Shown: piece after piece, positions 25,712 through 39,177 of the stretch
Position numbering within the stretch: the first letter of the stretch is position 1
Layout: each line of letters opens with the position of its first letter
Assembly: GCF_006345805.1 (NCBI RefSeq)
Contig: NC_043010.1
Span: 56,172,001 to 56,236,000, forward strand
Length of the DNA: 64,000 nucleotides
Source of the DNA: Octopus sinensis
Lineage: Eukaryota
Direction of reading: 5' to 3'
The notes under the pieces: generated by a model
Seen by the model: only the letters and a program-made list of their open reading frames with translations
Database searches by the model: none
Told to the model about the DNA's origin: nothing
Program-made: the position numbers and the translations under genes

Positions 25712-26419
25712 AAAATAGCATTGAATTCATCATTAAATGACTATTTCCTCGTATGTGCTGCGTTAGCCTTCATTCTTACCTTAAACATGTCTATCTAAAT
25801 TCTAAAGTCTTTCACCATTGCAGTCCGCATCAGACGAGTCAGTTCTCTCAAATAACCTTCATCTGTTCAGACACTTCCAGATATAAACCAGCCTCACCTA
25901 TTTCTGCTGATCTCCCTGGAAATTCGGATGAAACTTTTTCCACCATTTATGTCGAACACCGTTTCATTAACATAAACTCCATCTTCAATATTTCAGTCCA
26001 GTGACAGGAGGTTGAGGGTACCTTCTCCACCAGCCACACCTAGATTTCATCCTAAAACCTTAAAGTTCTATTTCCCCCTAGGACCCAAAAGTTATGAATC
26101 CTAACTAGTTATCCAAACCTGTTCAACCATCCAGAAAAGGATTCGTTACTTTTTCCCTCTGTTAGTTTCCTTCTCTTCTTTCCGTTTCCTTTCGGCGGCA
26201 GCAGACAGAGTGATACATATACCGCAGTAATCGATTTCTCTAAATCCATTATACAGACACGCAGTAATCGAGATATACCTACGTGAAGGTGAGGGAAAGT
26301 GTGTGAGTGTGTGTGGACACCAGTGAATAAATCTCAATAAAACATTGATGAGCGAGCAGCTGCAATAGGTTGCGATCACCATTTTATGGAAGGAACATCC
26401 TCGCTAAATCTACCCCCCC

Positions 26420-26879
26420 CCCTTCTATACCCCCGTTACACAGACACAGATATACATGATGTATGTATGTATGAATTATATGTATGTGTGTGTACATATC
26501 TTTACACTTGCATATATGCATATATCTGTAGAGACACATATATAACATGATTGTATATCTATATACACACACACATACACACTTATGTATATCGATATTT
26601 CTGTATATATGCACATACATAATTGTATATAAGTATACACAAATGTATATATGTATTTGTATATATACATGTAAATGTATGTGTGTGTGTGTGTGCACAG
26701 ATGAATTATTTATGTATGTACTTATACATATATGTATATGCCTGTATATATAGATAGGTATAGAAATGTATGTATGTGTGAATGTATATCCATATTATTT
26801 ACGTATGCGTGTCTATAAACATATATATATATAAACATGCTAGGTATGTATGTGTATGTATACGTATGTACTATATATG

Positions 26880-26919
<40 letters not shown>

Positions 26920-27032
26920 TATATATATGTGTGTGTGTGTGTGGGTGTGTATATGCGTGTGTATCATATGTATATAAAGAGGTTACTATTATACGTATGT
27001 ATATGTATATACACTATGTGTGTAAGCATGCA

Positions 27033-27068
<36 letters not shown>

Positions 27069-27184
27069 TGTATGTATGTATTATGTATATATATATGAAT
27101 GTATGTATGTATGTATTTATGTATATATATATGAATGTATGTATGTATGTATGTATGTATGTATGTATATATAATATATTATAT

Positions 27185-27238
<54 letters not shown>

Positions 27239-27669
27239 GTATGTATGTATATATACATATAGATAATGTCATGAAAGAAGGCTGCCTGCTGGCATGTCTC
27301 TCCACTTCCTGTGTTGGTGCATCTGATAGAAGCGCCTTCAATTCCGGTCTCTGGTCGACCTCGGAAAGTTCGACCTTCTCACCGGAAACACAGAATATTG
27401 CATTTGAATACAGCCGCTACTTCTAATGGCGTCCATATTGTGTTTCGTTGGAGTGATGACGGCGGAGGGGACGGATTTCTTGTGGATGTCGGAGGAGGAA
27501 GAGACTAGGTGGCGTTACTGTCTGTTAAAGACTGGCACGTGATTCTCTTTTAAGATTCTGTTGCATGTGAAGATATTGCTCTGGAGATATTTTGGACAAA
27601 ATGTGTATTTATATGAGGTTTCTCTCTGCGTGTGTCTCTGTTTGTATGTATATTTTTATACAACTATAT

Positions 27670-27712
<43 letters not shown>

Positions 27713-28044
27713 CACACACACACACACACACACTCATACACACTCATACACACACTGCACGAACGGCATGTATATATAACGTAGTGCGTGGATATCTATA
27801 TATATAATGAAGTGTATAATAGTCCTTGCGAATGCACGAAATGTATTGCATCTGCAAGTGTAATTGTGCAGAGAGGAAACATTGATTGATGTCTAAAAAA
27901 TTTTGATTATGGCCTTCCAGTTTTTTGGTATGTGGGTATGTGTGTGCATGTATTTGTATATATATATATATATATACATATATACATACATACATACATA
28001 TACATATATACATATTATATATATATATATATACATATATATTA

Positions 28045-28088
<44 letters not shown>

Positions 28089-28234
28089 TAATATATATAT
28101 ATATATACTATATAATATATTATATATATATATATATATATAATATATATATGTTATATATAATATATATATATATATATTATCTATATACATATATAAT
28201 ATATATGTAATATATATATATATATGTATATATG

Positions 28235-28266
<32 letters not shown>

Positions 28267-28273
28267 TATATAT

Positions 28274-28368
<95 letters not shown>

Positions 28369-28430
28369 CGATCTATGTATACGTATATTTACATAAACAT
28401 AAGCATTTTACACATTGATTTAGATAATAT
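26420..28430. repeat. Compound (AT)n/(ATAC)n/(ATGT)n microsatellite field
   Basis: Directly visible; source of the YIYI/HTHT ORFs. Similar fields lie at 38040-39660 and 49040-51200. Confidence 0.95.
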
Positions 28431-28600
28431 CAAACTTTTATGTATGTAAATCCGTGTGTGTGTATATATGTACTTGTATGCTATGCTATGCGTATATTAA
28501 TAAGTGTTGTGCGCATTCAGTATCACTTTCGTGAGACTGATTCAATCTTCACCACAGGAATAAGCAGAGGTATGTACATATACATATATAATATATATAT

Positions 28601-28631
<31 letters not shown>

Positions 28632-29157
28632 CTATATATATATATATATATGCAAGCGCGCACACTTTGTGGGGAACACAGAGAAACTACAGCAAAGACA
28701 CGTACATACGAATGACGTATATACATATTTACACACATATGCACAACTACATTTGCTTACACACACACACAATAAGCATATATGTAGCCCTCTGTGCACA
28801 CTCACTGTGTGGTTTGTACGTAAAGTTGCCAGTACTTGGTGCCTGTGTCTCATCAATAAATCAATAGAATATGGTGACAAGAGTGTTTGTAGATTCTCCA
28901 AGAATGACCATCACCAACCAACACCTCTGTTCCACCAGGTAGAGTCATTGCTGCAATAACAGCTTATTACGAAGACGGCTATCACTCGTCGACGTTCCAA
29001 AAGTGACCATCACCAACACCTAAAACCTCAGCAACCACCAGCACAACTTCCGATCTCTCACCCCCACACACCGCCATAACCGCAACGTCTAGTCCTTCTG
29101 CCCCAGGTTGTCAATTCCCTCTGGATTTCCCACACTGCACATGTTTCTTTCCTGCAG

Positions 29158-29217
29158 TTGTCGTCTCCCGGAGCCCCGTCGATCTCCTCGGTCCGCGAGA
29201 GCCTAACAAGGCAACGG
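29158..29217 (+). CDS. Candidate 60-nt internal exon of an unidentified gene
   Basis: Acceptor TTTCTTTCCTGCAG| and donor CGG|GTGAGG; length divisible by 3; GC-rich; two open frames (LSSPGAPSISSVRESLTRQR or VVSRSPVDLLGPREPNKAT). Confidence 0.3.
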
Positions 29218-29521
29218 GTGAGGCTCTCTTCTTAACAATTCCTCAGTTTTAGGAATAAGACACCAAAAGTAATATATTTGCTCCAGCAAACGTGCAAATG
29301 ACAAATCGGAGAACAGGGAGTTCCAGGCCATACAAAGCCACGAGAGGAAATTTGATAAAAGAAAACTGCGAGGAAACCTCCCATGCGCGTGTGCACCGCA
29401 AGCGGATATATGTATATGTATATATACATAGAGATGACTACATATACGGACATATAAAGGAGTTTTCCAATTGCATGTATATTCCTCTAATTCTGTGCGT
29501 TCGTGCGTGTGTGTATGTATG

Positions 29522-29559
<38 letters not shown>

Positions 29560-31489
29560 TATATGTCCACACTGTAAGCAGCCATGTATGTATAAACATT
29601 AATGTGATTGGAGTGTATGTTAATGAGTGTATATGTTGTGTTGTAGGTGAGATTGTTGTAGCGGATGAGTTGAAATCTCGCGAGAGTTCATACCGAGACC
29701 TAATTAGTTCGGGTCTGTTTGTTAAGGAACACCTCTTCCTCTCTTTAACGTCATTTCAACTGACCCTTAAAGGAGTTACACTGCGGTTGCTAAGCCTACT
29801 TAAAATAGAAGCCAAATTTCCTTCAAGTCACACGGTAGCCTTCTTAAAATGGAAGGATAAATTCGTTAACGTAGTCCCAAGATAACGAAGTAGACGAGAT
29901 GGTCATGGTGGAATGTCATTCATCATAGACCTCTCTGACCGAGGGCTAAACAACAACACCATTCATTATCCTCATTGTCCACCCACCCCCACTTCCTTGT
30001 TCTGTCTAACTTTCCTGGAGTGGTGGTGGTCGTCTACTGTTTTAGGGGGTGTGTTGTTGAGTAGAGTAGGGAGATGGTGGTGGCGGCGGGATTTAGCGGC
30101 GTAGTGACGTAACGGTGATGGTGGTGGCGGGGTCAGTCAGTCAGCTGAAGAGTTTTTACTGCCGTCATCTCAATTGATTGTGACAGATGTAGTTTGGTAT
30201 GGCATGGTCTATGTTGGAGTACAGGGGAGAGACACAGACTGTAAGACACACACACGCGCGCGCGCGCGCACATCCCTAATGTTCTTACAGTTGTTGAGGG
30301 TGGATAATGGGTGTTTATTGATTGTTTATCAAAATTAGATGGGGACAATGAGAAGAGGCTGATCCTTGTCGATTATTAGGGTTGACAATAGAATAGGGGT
30401 GGGGTGGGTTGAATTTAGGGAGACACATGTGCGCGCACGCGCGATGCTTTTACAGCTTTCTAAGAGTCTGGTTTCGGTGGTATGAAATAGAACCGTATTA
30501 GAGTAGAAGTCAAAGGTCGGACGGGTGAGAGGTGGCTAATCAAATATTACTGATCAATATCTGGCTTTGAACACACGGTAGAATAGGAAATATATATATA
30601 TATATATATACACATTCGTACACGTACACACACACACGAAGTGTTACGAACACACAGTAGTAGATACATACAATGGTACCTATATTGGCATTACCCTAGA
30701 ATGGTGTAATCAATCAACGTTTATGGCCATCCAATAGTACAACCATCCAGTAGTAAAACTATTCAATGTTATACCCATACCACCAGAATAACCGTCCAGT
30801 GGTAGGGACATATCATGGTACAGCTCATATTTTTGCTTGTTCGTACGCTACTTGGCCCGTCCGCAACGCTTTCACATGATTAGTTGAAGGGAAAGGCGAA
30901 GAGTGAAAGAAAAAGAGAAACACAGAAAAGAGAAAGAGAGAAAAGGCAGAAAAAGAGGGAGAGAGAGAAGCGTCCATGACGTGAGGCCGAGGGAACGCAA
31001 TTGTAACGGTTTCATGAAATTAGTTGGAGGGAAAGAGAGAACAAGACGGAGAAAGAAAAAGGGAGAAAGAAAAAGGGAGAGAGAGAAAGGCAGAGAGAGA
31101 AAAAGAGGGAAAGTGAAGCGTCTCTGATGTGTGGTAGGGGGAACGTAATATTTATTATGTGGTTAAAAAAGTTAGTTGAAGGATACAGAGAAGATATAAA
31201 GAAGGAGAGTTAGAAATAACTTTAGCCGAAAGGTGATGTTCTGATGGTGAGGTTGAAGAAAGGCAGAGAGAGAGAGAAAGAGGGGGAGAGAGGGGAGGGA
31301 GAGAGAGGAGGGAGAGAGCGGAGGGAGAGAGATGGTGATGGTGGTAGTGGTGGAAGGGACGGTGGTGAATGAATTGCGAAAAGTGTTTTTTTTTATTGAA
31401 CTAATTTTTTATATCACCTATCACGTAACGCATGCGCATAAGTGCAATTCCGTTATGAGTGCTGTGTATTAATTCTATAAAATTGTGCA

Positions 31490-31570
31490 TAAAGTATATA
31501 AAGCGTATATATAAAGCGTATATATAAAGCGTATATAGAAAGCGTATATATAAAGCGTATATAGAAAGCA
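31490..31570 (+). repeat. 14-bp minisatellite (AAAGCGTATATAT/G), about 5 copies
   Basis: Directly visible. Confidence 0.9.
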
Positions 31571-31720
31571 CATCAAGTAATCATCGGATTCTAATTTCCT
31601 TCGCTTCCCAATGAATAACAGATGAGCGACTATCTTTTCCATACAGACACAACACAGGTTACGCTTTCAGGTTTTGGGGGTAAAGTTTTCAGAAACAACT
31701 CAATAGGTTTATACCATTAA

Positions 31721-31744
31721 TTCCGTGAAACGGGTCCCGCTAGT
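31721..31744 (+). mobile_element. Possible Helitron-type 3' terminus
   Basis: Small hairpin CCG-TGAAA-CGG followed by CTAG|T at 31740-31744; the 5' end was not identified. Confidence 0.3.
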
Positions 31745-31870
31745 CTTTATAATAGTTTATGCACATTAAGGTCAAAGTTCAACGTTGAACTATATTGAAG
31801 TTTCATGTTCATGTAGGGAAGAACTTGACATGAAGTAAGATTGAACCAACTTCTCTCTCCGTCATCTGCT

Positions 31871-32004
<134 letters not shown>

Positions 32005-32014
32005 GAGAGAGAGA

Positions 32015-32368
32015 GGGGGGTACAACGGCTCAGTGGTTAGGGCAGCGGACTTGCCGTCGTAGGAGCGCGGTTTCGATTCCCAGACCGAGCGTTATGAGTG
32101 TTTATTGAGCGAAAACACTTAAAGCTCCACGAGGCTCCGGCAGGGGTGGTGGCGAACCCTGCTGTACTCTTTCGCCACAACTTTCTCTCAGTCTTTCAAA
32201 GAGCCAGCTTTGTCACACTCTGCGTCACGCTGAATCTCCCTGAGAACTACATTAAGGGTACACGTGTTTGTGGAGTGCTCAGCCACTTGCACGTTAATTT
32301 CACAAACAGGCTGTTCTGTTGATCCGATCAACTGGAGCCCTCGTCGTCGCAACCGACGGAGTGCCACA
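32015..32368 (+). mobile_element. Full-length tRNA-derived SINE
   Basis: A-box-like CGGCTCAGTGGTTAG and B-box-like GGTTTCGATTCC with tRNA spacing, followed by about 280 bp of non-tRNA body ending CGACGGAGTGCCAC. Confidence 0.85.
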
Positions 32369-32383
32369 TATCTATATCTATAT

Positions 32384-32782
32384 AAGCAATAATAAATCTC
32401 TGAACGAGGTATAGACAGTAACTGCACGACAATGTGAAGTATATTTGCCATCTAAATATGGCTAACCATTAAGGGTGGATGTTACTGTAGCTTGTAGCCC
32501 CAGCTGGCTATTGACACACTTTCTGCGCCCTATCGGTATTTGCAAAGGGAGGTCATCCTTTCCTCGTCAACCTAAGTGATACGCACGGACTGCAGTTTCT
32601 GGGTATTGACCCGTCATCAGCGCACGATAATCACCGGTTTTCGATGGAAGGGTCCCAATGCAAATACATATATCCTTTTTCCAGTGACTTTTCGTCACTG
32701 ATCTTGAAAAAGTGTAAACAAGCAATAATAAATCTCTGAACGAGGTATAGACAGTAACTGCACGACAATGTGAAGTATATTT
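32384..32782 (-). mobile_element. Short ribozyme-bearing element bounded by a 63-bp direct repeat (Penelope-associated or retrozyme-like)
   Basis: AAGCAATAATAAATCTCTGAACGAGGTATAGACAGTAACTGCACGACAATGTGAAGTATATTT is identical at 32384-32446 and 32720-32782 (period 336 bp), with a hammerhead fold between the copies. Confidence 0.65.
32576..32634 (-). ncRNA. Type I minimal hammerhead ribozyme (HHR-1)
   Basis: Minus strand GTGATTATCGTGCG-CTGATGA-CGGGT caat ACCCA-GAAAC-TGCA-GTC-CGTGCGTATCAC: intact CUGAUGA, GAAA and GUC core, palindromic ACTGCAGT helix III, bulged helix I of about 12 bp, helix II GGGU/ACCC closed by a C-A mismatch. Predicted cleavage after 32588. Confidence 0.85.
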
Positions 32783-32889
<107 letters not shown>

Positions 32890-33117
32890 ATGTGTGTGCA
32901 AGTAAATATATGTCTACATGTGTGTAAGTGTACGCAAACACCACACACACAACTATAAAGTCTCGACTGAAACTCGTGTAGCAATGGAAGGAAGTTTCAT
33001 ATGTACGGCGTGTGTGTGTGCTAATTTCACTTCTATTAATGAAGGTTGTTTTTAACACACTCATCTTATTCACACTGGCACACACGCATACATACATAGC
33101 ACACACATTTTTATATA

Positions 33118-33164
<47 letters not shown>

Positions 33165-34021
33165 ATATAATATATATATATATATCTATATTATATATAT
33201 CTCACACACATCATATATATTATATATCTCACACACATCATATATATATATCCACACGCACACACACACACATACGTCACTATACCCTGACTGAGGGTGT
33301 CGGTACATATATATATATATATATACATACACACACACGTATGTATGTCACACGAATCCTTTCATCTTTGTTGAAAGACAACTACTTCACCTACCCACAT
33401 CCCAACCCATCCACACCCTCCACTCTAGAATATATTATAGAAATGTCTTTCAAGTCTGTGACAATAATGGAACTGAATCGTTAGTACTGGGTTGTCTGGT
33501 ACTGTAGTGGTGGTCTTTGTAGTGGCGGTGGTGGTGATAATCCGGCTTTTGGTGCGCGATTGTTAGTGATATTGTTGTTTGTGATGGTGTCTGTGAGGGT
33601 GGGTGGTCGTGTTGGAGAGGTTCATTTCGCACTGATGAATTTACTTAATGAGAGAAGTCGCCTTATTTTTACATTGTTGAGTCGGAACTCCAGATGACAT
33701 ACACAGTCAGGCGGCTGTACTCTTTATACATACATGCATATATAACATAAACGACACATATACACACGTGTATGCTTGTGTTTATGTACATGCTTTCACA
33801 GATACACACATATATAAACAGATACATATACAACCCCTTCCATACACACACACAGAGTGAGTGCTAGGCTCACTGTGGGAATGGAAGTGCTAATTCCAAC
33901 AAAGGACCGAAAAGATGGGTTCGATCTGTCTGACGTCGCAGCGAGGTTTTAATTATCCATTTATAAATACAAATTTTGTATTCCAAATTCTCCAAAAACT
34001 GAGTAGTGTAATAATAATTAA

Positions 34022-35226
34022 TACAGAAAGTCTCCATAAAATATATTCACATTCTGACTCCCCCCCCCCCAAAGCTCATTGGACTTTTCATTTCTCTTCA
34101 AATCAAATTGATCCTAATAATGGCAGAAGCACGACTAAGTTATGAAGAGAGAAAAGTATTACTGGGAAATATAAAGTAAAACTGGAAGCACGAAAACATC
34201 ATGGAAGTGCAAAGGCAATTTAGAAGACATTTTCATAATTCACAGACGCAGCGCACCATTGCTCGCATCCAAGATGAGTTTGAATCAGATAGAACTTTGC
34301 ATGACGTCCATAAGGAGCGTTCAGGAAGACCGTGATCATCAACCAGCCCTACAAAGGAAAACTATAGCTGCAACCCCTCCACCAATCCCCACAAAAATCC
34401 CGAAATCAAGCGCCAATCACATTTTGAATCGACTTCATTGGAAATGTTAGATTCCAACATTAATCCACGCCCTAAATGAAGACGATCCTAACCGGAGAGT
34501 TGAATTTTGTGAGTGGCACCTGGGCAAATGCGAAGAGGGTGCCTCCCATCCAAAATTGTTTGGTGCGATGAGGCCAGCTTTAAGTTAAATGCTTCAATTA
34601 ATCGACACAGTTGCATCTACTGGGCTACAGAAAAACCGCATGTTACTATGCAACACCATTTGAACTTACCAGTGACCTGCTGTGTGGTGGGAAATGTTGG
34701 ACATTCTTTTCTGTCGCTGAGGATGTTTGCCTAAACTTGCTGCAGGAATCCGCCGTTCAACAACGCATCGAAGAATTGTTTGGTGGTGCAGAGATTTACT
34801 TTCAGCAAGATAGAGCACTTCCTCATTACCCTCCTGATGTAAGGACCGATTTCGATTCAACTTTTCCGAACAGATGGATTGGGTGAAGAGGTAGTGTTGA
34901 ATTCTCTGCGCTTTCTCACACTTCAATGGACTTCTTTTTATGGGGACATCTCAAAAATAGGATTCACAACTCAAAACAAGTAATAGTCGAGATGAGTTGA
35001 AAGGGGAAATTGAAAGAATGTGTCACGGTTCCAAATGAAATGATTCGTGACACTGATCGATCTACTGGTCCGCAATATCACTTGTGTTTGGGAATCGGTG
35101 GTCGTCAGTTTGAACAGTTTTAAACATGTATTTCTCCATCTAACCATTAATCTTGTTTCTAAGTCTATAAATAATGCATTTATTGTCTTTTAAAGAATGA
35201 GTCCATTTTGGGGGACAACCTGCATA
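34022..35226 (+). mobile_element. Decayed Tc1/mariner-superfamily transposon (DUF4817-type N-terminus)
   Basis: [74 protein letters not shown] and MDFFLWGHLK across frames; degenerate inverted ends (TACAGAAAGTCTCCATAAAA / TTTTGGGGGACAACCTG). Confidence 0.85.
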
Positions 35227-37404
35227 CATTAATATAATAATAGATTCCTAATGAATAGAACACCGTTTAGTGTTGTGATTTGCAACATATATATATAGAG
35301 AGAGAGGCTGGTTTAATATTATTTCAATGTTTTGTATATTAAATATTTCACCGTAAGACATCACAACTTAATTTTTTTCACGTTTTCAACACACACACAC
35401 ACACACACACACACAACACTACACATACCAAACACACACATACACACACACACATACACACACACACACACAACATTACACATACCAACACGCACGTACA
35501 CACACTTCAGCAAGCCAATCAAAAGAATTCCTCCATAGATATCCCCTCCAGCTCCCCCAACCACTTGGTAAAGATTCCAAACCCACCGACCCCCTTCTGA
35601 CCTCCCCCTCTCCCATCATTATTCTCACAAAACTTTCACATCAATGAACAAAGTAAAAACAGTTTTTTTTTACAATCTTCAAAAAATCCCGAGGGAACCA
35701 ATTCCATCAAGAAAGAGAATCAAGGGTTTCCGAATGACCACCACATTTAACAAAATATTTAGACACACACACACGCAAAACATATCCCAGAAGGCACCAT
35801 AAAAATATCTGATCCTCGTTGCACAACAGAGATGACCAATGTGATAATACTGCTTTAAAGAGAAACAAAGACAAACATCAAACAACAAAGACAGAAAAAA
35901 TATAGAAAAGAAAACAGACAAAAACAAAAAAAAATGGTAAATATTTGAAGCCAAAATGAACCATAAACAGTAAATCACTATAACAACAATAAAAGTCATA
36001 GCAATAACAACAACGACGACGATGATGATGATGAGGAGGATGAGGATGATGATGATGATGATACACAACTCACCTCAAGTCACATGAACATTTTCAAATA
36101 ACTTAGCCAACACCAAAGAAATAACCGTATCAGGTTTATCTGGAAAAGACGACACGCTGAAGAGAAACGGACCCGAAACACACCTATACAAACTGAGGAC
36201 TTCAACAGCAACAACATGAAGGTTTTCTTAATGTTGTTGACGTCATCATGCATTGTGTAACTGCCATTGATATCTCCAAAACTTTTTACCCCATTCTCCC
36301 ATAATGCACCTGTACAGCAAATATCTGTTAGTCTCCGGGTCTATGGACTATGAAATATTACTGCAGGGAATTATTCATTCTCTCTCTCTCTCTCCTTACA
36401 CACACACACACACATACTTTTAAACCAATATCTACACAACTTTCACATACTTCCTTCAAACAAAACACACAGCCTCTTCCACAGAAGACATTACACAATC
36501 GTCTTCACACCATTCCAAAGACGCTTTTTAAAAACCACTTGGAAGATTTTTGGTTCCACAAAGACAGATTGAAAGTAACACCTACCAAATCTATTGTCTA
36601 CAACAACAACAACAACAACAACAGACATCAAATACAAGCAACTACATAACAGTCAACAACATAAACACACACACATACAAAGTAAAGAACAATACTGGGA
36701 GTTGTATACAACACACACACACACACACACACACAAGACAACGATACTAGAAGTTACAACACTTGTCCAACTTAGAAAGTGAAAGAGTGTAAGACCGAAA
36801 CAAAGAGTCTCTATGACATTCGACTCTCATTTGACCAACAGCAACAACAACAACAACAGCCGTTCAAGAATTTGGACCTGGAGATCTCCATTTCCAACGA
36901 CTTCGAGGGCCACCTCTCAGTGGTGTCGGGCGTCAACGAAGAGCCCTCGACAACTACAAGACGACCAAGGTTTTTTTTTCTAGGGTCTGGAGTCTCCCGC
37001 CCCTAAGCCCCAGACCATCATCTAATCACCCTGACCCGTCTTGTTGCTTAACAACAATAACAATAACAACAACAACAGCAACAACAACAAGAGACCCCCA
37101 AACTACATGAGATCCATCGTGAACTTTAACAAACTCAGCGCACTTTGAAGTAAACCTACTGATAGGGGAGGAGCAGAGGTTGTTGCCATAACAACCATGA
37201 AGCCCACAGTCCCTGCTACTACCACCACCACCACATACAACAACACAGAAATCATCCGGAAACCACCACCTACCCCCTACCCCCACCACACACACACACT
37301 GGGTGAACATCGTCAACAATAAACACAAGAGGCATAACTATGAGGCTCTGAGCAAGTCCCCCTTGCTTGGTGCGGGGGGGGGAGATGAAGAAGTACCATC
37401 TTAC

Positions 37405-37476
37405 CTTCCATCACATGGAGGAGGTGCTTTAAAGAAGTGTCACCTTGCGGGTCTCGACTGTTGACACCACCACAAT
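37405..37476 (-). CDS. Candidate 72-nt internal exon (phase 1/1)
   Basis: Minus-strand acceptor TTTTCTCTTCTATTGTAG| and donor AAG|GTAAGA; the only open frame reads (D)CGGVNSRDPQGDTSLKHLLHVME(G). No homology recognised. Confidence 0.3.
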
Positions 37477-37617
37477 CTACAATAGAAGAGAAAATGCAAT
37501 TTACTGCTACATGTCCACACTGTTTCATTGGCCCCTCTTGCGCCCAAACACACACACACACACACACGCACACACTATACACCCAAGTATCCACAGAGTG
37601 TAATATATCGCAAGCGG

Positions 37618-37634
37618 TGACGTCATCGGCCAAT
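37618..37634 (+). promoter_or_regulatory. CRE palindrome plus CCAAT box
   Basis: TGACGTCA at 37618-37625 and CCAAT at 37630-37634. Motif match only. Confidence 0.25.
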
Positions 37635-37746
37635 AATTACATGTAAATTGATCTCTATTGGAAATCGATAAATATTGATATTTGATTATCTTTAGTGAAA
37701 TTGTTATGGAAAGATCGATGTTGCAGTGATTTCACACGCGACACTG

Positions 37747-37812
<66 letters not shown>

Positions 37813-38047
37813 GCACGCACATACACACACGCACGCATTCTCACTCACTCACACACACAGCAGCTAATTTACGCATATTCTTAAAGCCCAAAGATGTGTT
37901 TGTGTGTCTGCATGTATACATATATTTATATAAACACATATACAGGTAGATGCATATATATCCATATATACATAAATACACAAACACACACACACACATG
38001 TATGTACACTCGTGTGTGTATATACACACACACAACACACATATATA

Positions 38048-38105
<58 letters not shown>

Positions 38106-38264
38106 GCATGTTGCTATACAAAAGAGACATATACTCATGAAGCTAACATCATGCACAGAAACACGAATGAGATTTGAACTTCCCATTCTCTCCACTGCAT
38201 GTGCGCGCGCATACAGGAATGTATTGAAATGTAGGTAGATACCTCTGTATTCAAATATCCATAC

Positions 38265-38307
<43 letters not shown>

Positions 38308-38559
38308 TTATTCAAAGTTGTTTGAGTCGCGAAACAGATTTTCATATCGCCAGAGGATCAGGAGTTTCACACAAACTTTTAACATAAACACACATAGAGA
38401 GAAACAGTGTGAGAGAGAGAGTGTATATATGTGTGTGTGTGTGTGTGTGCGCGTGTGTATCTGCGCGTGCGCGTATGTGTGTGTGTGTGTGCATAGACAC
38501 ATAGTAGGTAGATATAGATACACACACACACATTTACTCTTACTGCTTTCAGTGGACTC

Positions 38560-38720
38560 CGACCATGTTGGAGCACCTCTGATGGATTTTCATCCTGAAA
38601 TCGACTGAAGTACTTTTTCCCATATCTATGTTTTAGTCATTTTATGAATCAGTAAGTTACTGGGACGTAAACAAACTAACACCCGTTGGAGACAGTTGCC
38701 ACGCAAAGACACGATAGGCA
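38560..38720 (-). mobile_element. Decayed fragment of the 19251-19620 SINE family tail
   Basis: GACCATGTTGGAGCACC..AAGTTACTGGGACGTAAACAAAC resembles 6661-6810. Confidence 0.55.
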
Positions 38721-39123
38721 GAGAAAGGTAAATGCAAGCATTCATGCTTATATACACACATGTATATGTTCAGATATATACGTACATACACACTCGTTGC
38801 ATACGATTGTATTTATGAAGGACAAAATCTAGTAAAGTGAATGTTTTCAAATAGGAAATATATTTATGTATATACCCAGTTCCAGACCCCCCCACACACA
38901 CACACACTCACACTCACACACATATGCGTATTCTCTCAGTCAATACACATACTCCCGTGCAAACACGTGCACACCCACACACCAATCACTTCATTTGGAA
39001 ATGTCGACATCTTTCAATCTAATTTTTTCCTCTACAGGTGGTTCGATCTATTGATGCGGAATATGAAGGCGGACATTGTGTGTGCACGTGCGTATGGATA
39101 GGTATGTGTGTGTGTACACATGT

Positions 39124-39177
<54 letters not shown>

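Noticed and set aside
26202-26288. 87-nt segment between an acceptor-like AG and a GAAG|GTGAGG donor
   Set aside because: Stop codons in all three frames; at most a non-coding exon, with no evidence for it.
32015-32085. tRNA-like head as a genuine tRNA gene (also 56080-56150)
   Set aside because: A and B boxes are present, but no complete cloverleaf or acceptor stem, and each continues into a SINE body.
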